Shown one piece after another: positions 40,063 to 47,754 of a stretch of DNA of 47,754 nucleotides. The position numbers and the translations under genes are program-made. The DNA lies in assembly GCA_003232725.1 (NCBI GenBank), contig QIJH01000176.1:1-47754 (forward strand), given 5' to 3'. The notes beneath the pieces are model-generated. The model ran no database searches, was not told where the DNA came from, and was given only the letters and a program-made list of their open reading frames with translations. Source of the stretch: Chromatiaceae bacterium. GTDB lineage: Bacteria; Pseudomonadota; Gammaproteobacteria; SZUA-140. Every line of letters begins with the position of its first letter. The stretch's first letter is position 1.

Positions 40063-41304
40063 GTGGCTGATAAACGTCGTGTCGTAATCACAGGCTTGGG
40101 AATGGTTTGCCCGGTTGGTTTGAATGTTTCCGCTTCATGGGCAAATATCCTGGCGGGGAAAAGTGGTATTCGCGCGCTAACCCATTTTGATGTCGAACGT
40201 TTTAGTACTCGTTTTGGTGGTTCTGTTTGGGGTTTTGATATCAGCGAATATATGAGCGCTAAACAAGCCAAGAAGATGGACCCATTCATGCACTACGGTG
40301 TGGCGGCGGGGCATCAGGCATTTGTCGATTCTGGACTAGCAGTCACTGACGAAAATGCTCACCGCATCGGTGTTTCAATCGGTTCTGGTATCGGTGGTGT
40401 GTCCGGCATCGAGAAGGGCTATGATACCTTCCAGAAGAGCGGCCCACGTCGCATCTCTCCATTCTTTGTGCCGAGTAACATTATCAATATGATTTCGGGG
40501 AATCTTTCGATCATGCACGGCCTGAAAGGACCGAATCTTGCGATCGTTACCGCTTGCTCAACCGGTACCCACAGCATTGGGGACGCGGCGCGCATCATCG
40601 AGTATGGGGATGCCGATGTGATGGTGGCAGGGGGTGCTGAGATGGCAACATCGCCAACAGGACTAGGTGGCTTCTGTGCAGCACGTGCGCTCTCGACCAA
40701 TAATGACGATCCCGCAGGAGCGAGTCGTCCGTGGGATTTAAATCGCGACGGCTTTGTACTGAGTGATGGTGCCGGTGTTGTCACACTTGAAGAGTACGAA
40801 CATGCTAAGGCGCGTGGTGCGAAGATCTACGCCGAAGTGATTGGTTACGGCATGAGTGGTGACGCTTACCATATGACCTCACCATCAGAAGGCGGTGAGG
40901 GTGCGATGCGCTGCATGCAGAATGCAATGCGTAATGCGGGCATTAATCCTGACGAGATTGATTACATCAATGCTCATGGCACCTCAACATCCGCTGGTGA
41001 TTGTGCTGAAACGATGGCGCTTAAGAGCGCCTTTGGTGATCATGCCAATAAGCTTGCGGTGAGCTCAACCAAGTCAATGACTGGCCATTTGTTAGGTGCT
41101 GCTGGCGGGATTGAGGCAATCTTTTCTGCACTTGCTATTTATCACCAGGTTGCACCACCAACGATTAATCTTGAGACACCTGACCCTGAGTGTGATCTTG
41201 ATTTTGTACCGCACAGCGCACGTGAAATGAAGATCGATATTGCGATGTCTAACTCGTTCGGTTTTGGTGGTACCAACAGTACCTTGATCTTCAAAAAAGT
41301 TTAA
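40063..41304 (+). CDS. fabF: Beta-ketoacyl-ACP synthase II
   Basis: [21 protein letters not shown] and NSFGFGG motifs. Confidence 0.96.
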   Translation: MADKRRVVITGLGMVCPVGLNVSASWANILAGKSGIRALTHFDVERFSTRFGGSVWGFDISEYMSAKQAKKMDPFMHYGVAAGHQAFVDSGLAVTDENAHRIGVSIGSGIGGVSGIEKGYDTFQKSGPRRISPFFVPSNIINMISGNLSIMHGLKGPNLAIVTACSTGTHSIGDAARIIEYGDADVMVAGGAEMATSPTGLGGFCAARALSTNNDDPAGASRPWDLNRDGFVLSDGAGVVTLEEYEHAKARGAKIYAEVIGYGMSGDAYHMTSPSEGGEGAMRCMQNAMRNAGINPDEIDYINAHGTSTSAGDCAETMALKSAFGDHANKLAVSSTKSMTGHLLGAAGGIEAIFSALAIYHQVAPPTINLETPDPECDLDFVPHSAREMKIDIAMSNSFGFGGTNSTLIFKKV

Positions 41305-41349
41305 TTCAATGTTTGGCTGCATCAACGCAGACCACCATACATAAATAGC

Positions 41350-42768
41350 ATGATGGTGAATAAAAATGATTGTCGCAGTCGTGATGACAACGTCGTAGAG
41401 CAGAGGGAATATGCCGCGGCATTGGATTTAATCGCACTTCACGAAACAGACCCCGAACGTTATCCGTATCTATTGCAAAGTGTTGCTGCGGGCCCCGTTC
41501 AGGCACGCTTCGATATTCTCTTTGCTTACCCCGCTGAAACATTAGCACTCAAATTCGACGGCACGCTACAGCAGGGTGCTCAGCGACTGTCAGATAATGA
41601 TTTCCTGAAACAGCTTGATAGCTGGTGGCAGCAAGAAACTTGCGAGAGTAATCATGCAATCGATCTGCCTTTTTATGGCGGCTGGTTTCTTTACCTGGGT
41701 TATGAACTGGCCGCACAGATTGAACCAGGTTTAACACTGCCGATGAAAGGCTTTGCAAAACAACTGCCGGTTGCCTATGCGACGCGTATCCCGGCGGCAA
41801 TCATTAGAGACCACCATCACAATAAAAATTGGCTAATCGCTGAGAGTGGCCATGCCGAACTGCTGGATGTGATGCAACAAGATGTCGAGTCGCTTGTACT
41901 ATCAAAGACTAAAATAACAGATACACCTTTTGTGACAACACTGATTGAAGATGAACCTGCGCGTTACTTGAATGCTGTCGAGAAGGTTAAGCAGTACATT
42001 ATTGATGGCGATGTGTTTCAGGCAAACCTGTCGCGTGAATGGCGCGGTGAAATGGTTGATGGCATCTCTGCTACTGATATTTATCGCAGACTATGCCAGC
42101 AAAACCCAGCCCCTTTCGCAGGCCTTGCCTGTTACCTGGATAGCGCGGTGATTAGTTCTTCGCCCGAGCGCCTTGTTGACCTGAAAGCGGGACAGGTGTC
42201 GACGCGCCCGATTGCCGGAACACGCCCTCGTGCAAACAATGACAGTGATGATCTGGCGCTCGCTGACGCATTAATGCAGCACCCTAAAGAGCGTGCTGAA
42301 CATATCATGCTGATTGATCTTGAACGTAATGACCTCGGGCGTGTGTGTGAACCGGGCACAATCGAAGTAGATGAATTTATGGTGCTTGAGTCTTATGCAC
42401 ATGTGCATCACATCGTCTCCAATGTTTGTGGTACCAAGCGTGAGGAGATCTCACCGGGTGGAGTCATTCGTGCGCTATTTCCCGGTGGCACGATTACGGG
42501 TTGCCCCAAGGTGCGCTGTATGGAGATTATTGCGCAATTGGAGCAGACCACGCGCGGCGCTTATACTGGCGCGATGGGCTACCTTAACCGTGATGGCAGT
42601 ATGGATCTCAATATTTTGATTCGCACCATTGTTACTGAAGGCAGGGCGCTTAGCCTGCGTGCGGGTGCTGGCATTGTTGCAGATTCCAATGCCGCTGCTG
42701 AACTGATTGAGACCCGCATCAAAGCGCGTGGCCTGCTGCGTGCGCTGGGTGTGAATGATGCTGATTAA
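41350..42768 (+). CDS. pabB: Aminodeoxychorismate synthase component I
   Basis: SSPERL, PIAGTRPR, KERAEHIMLIDLERNDL and PGGTITGCPK; overlaps pabC. Confidence 0.88.
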   Translation: MMVNKNDCRSRDDNVVEQREYAAALDLIALHETDPERYPYLLQSVAAGPVQARFDILFAYPAETLALKFDGTLQQGAQRLSDNDFLKQLDSWWQQETCESNHAIDLPFYGGWFLYLGYELAAQIEPGLTLPMKGFAKQLPVAYATRIPAAIIRDHHHNKNWLIAESGHAELLDVMQQDVESLVLSKTKITDTPFVTTLIEDEPARYLNAVEKVKQYIIDGDVFQANLSREWRGEMVDGISATDIYRRLCQQNPAPFAGLACYLDSAVISSSPERLVDLKAGQVSTRPIAGTRPRANNDSDDLALADALMQHPKERAEHIMLIDLERNDLGRVCEPGTIEVDEFMVLESYAHVHHIVSNVCGTKREEISPGGVIRALFPGGTITGCPKVRCMEIIAQLEQTTRGAYTGAMGYLNRDGSMDLNILIRTIVTEGRALSLRAGAGIVADSNAAAELIETRIKARGLLRALGVNDAD

Positions 42769-43582
42769 CGGTATCGTGACAGATTTACTGCCTGCCAGTG
42801 ACCGTGGCCTGCAATATGGTGATGGTCTGTTTGAAACCATCGCAGTGGTTGATGGTGAACCGCAATTATGGGCCGCACACATGGCGCGCCTCGCCACCGG
42901 GTGTGAAGTGTTACAGTTGCCACCACCCGAGAACGAGCTGTTATTGCAGGAGGTGCGGCAACTCTGCGCCAAGGGCAAAAAAACCATTCTGAAGATTATT
43001 ATGACGCGAGGAAGCGGGGGACGTGGCTACCGCTTTCCAGAAAACGTTGCAGTAACACGACTGCTCTCTGTCCATCCGTGGCCTGATTATCCGTCTACGC
43101 ACTACCAGCACGGTATCACCGCGACGGTCTGCGACACCCGCCTCGCTAGTCATTCCGCACTTGCTGGAATCAAACATCTGAATCGTCTGGAGCAGGTACT
43201 CGCTCGTAACGAGTGGCAGGGCAATGATATTCACGAAGGGTTGATGTTAGATCACCATGACAATGTGATTGAAGGGACGATGAGTAATCTTTTTATTATC
43301 GAAGGTGACACGCTTATCACCCCATATCTGAATGAATGCGGTATTAATGGCGTGATGCGTGAAACGGTACTGGCATTGGCAATCCGGCTGAATATTACAA
43401 CATGTATCGAAACCGTCTCGCTCGCGCGTTTAAAGGCGGCCTCAGCTTGCTTTGTCACCAATAGCATCATTGGCCTCTGGCCGCTACGCGCGCTTGATGA
43501 TATAACCTATCAACCAGCCAAGATGACACAGGATCTGATCCGGGCACTTAGCGAACAACACTTAATAACGATAGCAACCTGA
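42755..43582 (+). CDS. pabC: Aminodeoxychorismate lyase
   Basis: DRGLQYGDGLFET and GIKHLNRLEQVLAR motifs. Confidence 0.94.
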   Translation: MMLINGIVTDLLPASDRGLQYGDGLFETIAVVDGEPQLWAAHMARLATGCEVLQLPPPENELLLQEVRQLCAKGKKTILKIIMTRGSGGRGYRFPENVAVTRLLSVHPWPDYPSTHYQHGITATVCDTRLASHSALAGIKHLNRLEQVLARNEWQGNDIHEGLMLDHHDNVIEGTMSNLFIIEGDTLITPYLNECGINGVMRETVLALAIRLNITTCIETVSLARLKAASACFVTNSIIGLWPLRALDDITYQPAKMTQDLIRALSEQHLITIAT

Positions 43583-44610
43583 TGAAAAATGTAATTGGAA
43601 AACTAATCGGCTTTGTGCTGTTGCTCGTCAGTTTTGTTGGCGGCTGGTTTATGCTGGAATTCCAGACCTTCAACCGTGGTTCACTTTCAAACACCACTTT
43701 TGCCCCGCTGAGTTACACCATTAAATCGGGTGCTAATCTTTCATCCGTTGCCAATGAACTGCATCAACATGGTTTTATGGAGCATCCGCGTTATTGGGTC
43801 TGGTTCGCCAGGTGGGAGGGGGATGCAGATAAAATCAAGGCAGGGGAGTATGCAATTGCACCGCAGATGACGCCGCGTCAGTTACTGGCACTGTTTGTCT
43901 CAGGCAAGGTGATTGATTACACTTTGACCATTCCAGAAGGGTGGACCTTTCGCCAGATGATTAAGGCACTGCATCAGCATGATAAAATCAAAAAGACACT
44001 GCTTGATGGTGATGGCAAATTACTGGATAACACAGCGATCATGACGCGGCTGCGACTGTCAGAAAAACACCCGGAGGGGATGTTCTACCCAGACACCTAT
44101 CATTTCACCAATAATACAACGGATGTTGCGATGCTACAGCGTGCCTTTAAACAGATGCAGCAGCGCCTGGATGATGAGTGGCAAAATCGCGCGCCCAATC
44201 TGCCCTATAAAAATAGCTATGAAGCGTTGATCATGGCATCGATCATCGAAAAAGAGACTGCAGCAGCAGAAGAGCGTGAACAGATTGCGGGAGTTTTTGT
44301 GCGTCGTCTGAATAAACGGATGCGACTACAAACGGATCCAACCGTTATCTATGGATTAGGGGAGAGCTTTGATGGCAATATTCGAAAACGCGACCTGCGG
44401 GCGATGAACCCTTACAATACCTATAAAATAAAAGGGCTGCCACCGACACCCATTGCACTGCCGGGTGGTGACTCGATCTACGCTGCATTGCATCCAGCAC
44501 CAGGCAAGACGCTCTATTTTGTCTCACGTGGTGATGGCACCCATCAGTTCTCAGTGACCAATGCAGAGCACAATGTGGCGGTCAGAAAATATCAGTTAAA
44601 AAAGCGCTAA
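43582..44610 (+). CDS. mltG: Endolytic transglycosylase
   Basis: EGMFYPDTY, ASIIEKE, LQTDPTV and GLPPTPI motifs. Confidence 0.95.
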   Translation: MKNVIGKLIGFVLLLVSFVGGWFMLEFQTFNRGSLSNTTFAPLSYTIKSGANLSSVANELHQHGFMEHPRYWVWFARWEGDADKIKAGEYAIAPQMTPRQLLALFVSGKVIDYTLTIPEGWTFRQMIKALHQHDKIKKTLLDGDGKLLDNTAIMTRLRLSEKHPEGMFYPDTYHFTNNTTDVAMLQRAFKQMQQRLDDEWQNRAPNLPYKNSYEALIMASIIEKETAAAEEREQIAGVFVRRLNKRMRLQTDPTVIYGLGESFDGNIRKRDLRAMNPYNTYKIKGLPPTPIALPGGDSIYAALHPAPGKTLYFVSRGDGTHQFSVTNAEHNVAVRKYQLKKR

Positions 44611-44637
44611 ACTAAAGTGCATGAGTAGCATCATCAT

Positions 44638-45285
44638 ATGTACAAAGAACGATCACATGGCCGTTTTATCACCGTTGAAGGGACGGAAGGGGTGGGTAAA
44701 AGCAGCAATATCACTTTTATTCAAGAGACCTTACAAAAGGCAGGCATCGATGTTGTGGCGACTCGTGAACCGGGTGGCACCCAGCTAGGCGAAGAGGTAC
44801 GTGAAATGCTGCTCGACCATCGCCACAGCGGCATGAGTGTTGATGCTGAACTACTGTTGATGTTTGCCGCACGTGCGCAACATATTGAGCAAGTGATTCA
44901 ACCGGCGCTGAAGCAAGGCCAGTGGGTGTTGTGTGACCGTTTTACCGATGCCACCTATGCTTACCAGGGCGGTGGACGCGGCATACCCAATGAACGCATC
45001 GCCACTCTTGAGCGTTGGGTGCAGGATACATTACGACCGGATATGACGGTGCTGCTCGATTTGCCGGTTGAGATTGGACTGGCACGCGCAGCAGAGCGTG
45101 GTGTGGCTGATCGTTTCGAAAAAGAGCAGCAGACCTTTTTCGAGCAGGTGCGTCAGGCTTATCTTGTACAGGCACAAAAAACCCCGGAACGTTATCGTAT
45201 TATCGATGCCTCACGTACACTTGACGAAGTACAGCAGCAAATTGCAGCGGTGTTACAGCTTATATTAGAGGAACAAGGCGCATGA
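44638..45285 (+). CDS. tmk: Thymidylate kinase
   Basis: EGTEGVGKSS, TREPGGT and CDRFTDATYAYQG motifs. Confidence 0.96.
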   Translation: MYKERSHGRFITVEGTEGVGKSSNITFIQETLQKAGIDVVATREPGGTQLGEEVREMLLDHRHSGMSVDAELLLMFAARAQHIEQVIQPALKQGQWVLCDRFTDATYAYQGGGRGIPNERIATLERWVQDTLRPDMTVLLDLPVEIGLARAAERGVADRFEKEQQTFFEQVRQAYLVQAQKTPERYRIIDASRTLDEVQQQIAAVLQLILEEQGA

Positions 45286-46262
45286 GTGCCGTACTGCCAT
45301 GGCAACAGTCGCAGTGGGATAACCTGCTGTCGCGTATTGCTCAGGATAACCTGCCACATGCGCTGCTGCTGACAGGGCGACGTGGCGTTGGCAAACAGCG
45401 TTTAGCACTGCAACTTGCAGCACGACTACTCTGTACCGAGGAGCAGCCGGAGCCGTGTGGTCAGTGCAAAGGGTGTCGCCTGATCTTAGCTGGCACCCAT
45501 CCCGATTTAAAGGTAATACAACCACTAGAAGATAAAAGCGTCATCAGCGTCGACCAGATACGTGAATTAAGCCACTATCTGTCACTCACAGCTCTGTGTG
45601 GCGGCTACCAGGTGGTGCTGATCTCACCAGCTGATGCGATGAACGTAAATGCGGCCAATAGCCTGTTAAAGACACTCGAAGAGCCACCGGCTAACACCTT
45701 ATTGTTGTTGATGAGCGACCGGCCGTCGGCACTCACCGCCACGATCCGTAGCCGCTGTCAGGTTATCAACTTTGCAAAGCCAGCACATGATAGCGCGCTG
45801 ACCTGGTTAAAAAACCAGCAGCCAGAGTTGGATGCCCAAGTCGCCAATACAGTGCTTGAATTGGCAGATGGCGCACCGCTTCGTGCCGCTGAAATGGTTG
45901 CGCAAGGGGCCCTTGATCAACGCACTGAAATGCTCGATGACCTAGAACAAATCGTGGCAGGGCGCTGTGATCCAATTGAAATTGCTAAGAAATGGCTAAA
46001 GTTAGGGAAAAAAGAATCGTTATATTGGGTATACGGATGGCTGGTCGATATGGTGCGCATGAAGGTGGCAGATCAACCACCTTACATTGCAAATGCCGAC
46101 GTTGCACCACGTCTCAGTAAGATGGCCGCTACGATAGCGCTGCCACTGCTCTACAAAAGGCTAGATCAGGTCAGTGAAGCGCTTAGGCTAGCCGATAATC
46201 AGTCCATAAACGCAGGACTATTACTGGAAGGGGTGTTGATTGGCTGGACACCACGGTGCTGA
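45282..46262 (+). CDS. holB: DNA polymerase III delta-prime subunit
   Basis: Zn module CGQCKGC, HPD, ANSLLKTLEEP and TIRSRC motifs. Confidence 0.95.
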   Translation: MSAVLPWQQSQWDNLLSRIAQDNLPHALLLTGRRGVGKQRLALQLAARLLCTEEQPEPCGQCKGCRLILAGTHPDLKVIQPLEDKSVISVDQIRELSHYLSLTALCGGYQVVLISPADAMNVNAANSLLKTLEEPPANTLLLLMSDRPSALTATIRSRCQVINFAKPAHDSALTWLKNQQPELDAQVANTVLELADGAPLRAAEMVAQGALDQRTEMLDDLEQIVAGRCDPIEIAKKWLKLGKKESLYWVYGWLVDMVRMKVADQPPYIANADVAPRLSKMAATIALPLLYKRLDQVSEALRLADNQSINAGLLLEGVLIGWTPRC

Positions 46263-46308
46263 GGCGATTAATAAACCAAGTTAAATTAGAAATGGATTAG
46301 CGTAGACA

Positions 46309-46662
46309 ATGGCTGAAGAGAAAAAATCAAGGCAAGGTATTTTATCTCTCGCAATTAAAGACAAGGGGGCGCTCTATGCCGCCTATATGCCATTTTTACT
46401 CGGTGGTGGTATCTTTATCCCATCCAATAAACCCTACAGACTTGGCGATGAAGTCTTTATGTTGTTAACCCTGATGGATGAAACAGAAAAGATGCCCGTT
46501 GTCGGGCGTGTTGCCTGGATCAACCCCATTGGAGCGCAAGGCAACCGTATTGCAGGTATCGGAGTGCAGTTTACAGACAAAGATGGTGAATCAGTCCGCA
46601 ATAAAATTGAAACCTATCTTGCCGGGGCACTAAAATCTGAGCGCATGACACACACTATGTAA
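46309..46662 (+). CDS. pilZ: Type IV pilus assembly protein PilZ
   Basis: LYAAYMPF...GGIFIP and C-terminal THTM; holB-pilZ-tatD synteny. Confidence 0.92.
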   Translation: MAEEKKSRQGILSLAIKDKGALYAAYMPFLLGGGIFIPSNKPYRLGDEVFMLLTLMDETEKMPVVGRVAWINPIGAQGNRIAGIGVQFTDKDGESVRNKIETYLAGALKSERMTHTM

Positions 46663-46773
46663 ACAGTTACCGCTTAAGCGACTTTTTTCACTGATGCTAT
46701 TCAGGCTTTAGCACGTTATAATCTGGCACTTCAAAAGACCATTCAATGAATCATTAAAGCAGAGAATTCCACC

Positions 46774-47553
46774 ATGTCACTGATTGACTCGCACTGTCAT
46801 CTAGATCGGCTCGCACTTGAAAAGATGGGTACCGATTTAGATGGAGCTGTTGCACTGGCAAAGGAAAGTGGCGTTGAGCAGATGTTATGTGTCTCAATTA
46901 ATCTTGAGAATTTTCCTGAGGTTCTTAGAATATCCCATTGTTATGAAAATATATTTTCATCTGTTGGTGTTCATCCAAGCGATGAGAGTGAAGAGCCATC
47001 GCTCGAACAGCTGATTAAATTAGCAGACGACCCCAAGATCATCGCGATTGGCGAAACCGGACTCGATTATTTCTATAACGAAGGTGATCTTGAGTGGCAG
47101 CGTGAGCGTTTCAGGGTGCATATCCGAGCGGCAATCGCCACCGGTAAGCCGCTAATTATTCACACCCGAGAGGCAGAAGCGGACACGTTAGCCATTATGC
47201 GAGAAGAAGGCGCAGATAAAATTGGTGGCGTGATGCACTGTTTTACGGGTTCTCTGGGAATGGCCCAAGAGTGTCTTGATCTTGGGTTCTATATCTCATT
47301 TTCAGGCATTGTGACATTTCGCAATGCAGATGAGCTGCGTGAAGTCGCCAGGATGGTGCCAGAAGATCGCATGTTGATCGAGACCGATGCGCCATATTTA
47401 ACACCGGTACCGAAACGAGGGAAACCAAACCATCCCGCGCTAGTTAAGCATGTAGCAGAACATATTGCGGAACAGCGGGGTGTTTCGTTTGAACAGATAG
47501 CAGAGGCGACGAGCGCTAATTTTCGGCGTCTATTTGGTACGCCGTCCATCTGA
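46774..47553 (+). CDS. TatD/YcfH family nuclease
   Basis: DSHCHL, GVHP, GETGLD, IHTR, HCF and ETDAPY motifs. Confidence 0.94.
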   Translation: MSLIDSHCHLDRLALEKMGTDLDGAVALAKESGVEQMLCVSINLENFPEVLRISHCYENIFSSVGVHPSDESEEPSLEQLIKLADDPKIIAIGETGLDYFYNEGDLEWQRERFRVHIRAAIATGKPLIIHTREAEADTLAIMREEGADKIGGVMHCFTGSLGMAQECLDLGFYISFSGIVTFRNADELREVARMVPEDRMLIETDAPYLTPVPKRGKPNHPALVKHVAEHIAEQRGVSFEQIAEATSANFRRLFGTPSI

Positions 47554-47559
47554 TAATTT

Positions 47560-47754
47560 GTAAGCCTCCTTACTGGCTTCATCATCTGCAGGCATGTGAA
47601 GCCTCAGGAAAAGGCATTGCCGCGTATGCCAGACAGAACGCAGCGGCACTCAGCTGCCGCGTGCCACACTGGCTAACTGGATGATTCAGGCAGGCACCTT
47701 GTCCAACCGGTGGTACTTTATGATGATGACCCCGGACGCAGTGCGGCAGTCCCC
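47560..47754 (+). mobile_element. Internally deleted IS66-family remnant (runs off the window end)
   Basis: GTAAGC end; TnpA-like YWLHHLQACEASGKGIAAYARQN; TnpC-like LPRATLANWMIQAG and VVLYDDDPGRSAAVP. Confidence 0.75.

Noticed and set aside
383-47585. Numerous 60-190 aa antisense or nested ORFs in the six-frame track
   Set aside because: They overlap well-supported genes and have no motifs of their own.

Overview
Chromosomal core-genome window of a gammaproteobacterium; gene order such as ygfZ-sdhCDAB-sdhE and fabF-pabB-pabC resembles Chromatiales/Xanthomonadales-type lineages (inference). In order it holds: a convergent polyamine cluster (speB-speA versus carboxy(nor)spermidine dehydrogenase-nspC), an AAA+SPOR protein, a hydrolase-OsmC fusion, an aspartyl protease, an RluA-like gene, PsiE, DUF2237, a divergent pstSCAB, cysS, SulP, a cold-shock gene, a PagP-like barrel, prfB-lysS, a VTT protein, three tandem HDOD paralogs, ygfZ, sdhCDAB-sdhE-ygfX, an orphan ThDP enzyme, and the maf/yceD-rpmF-plsX-fab-pab-mltG-tmk-holB-pilZ-tatD cluster. 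No rRNA, tRNA or CRISPR array was seen. Two things are not explained by the gene list. (1) A recurring signature of short deletions whose junctions look like 3-5 nt microhomologies: frameshifts in nspC, the RluA-like gene, maf and the normally essential acpP, a 2-codon loss in prfB, and IS66 and possible IS3 remnants collapsed to about 200 bp or less. This may be real or an assembly artefact. (2) Four miniature inverted-repeat elements of about 140-170 bp sharing an ERIC/RPE-like hairpin core but carrying two different kinds of termini; two of them bracket one gene in inverted orientation. All homolog comparisons are from recalled family motifs, not from searches.
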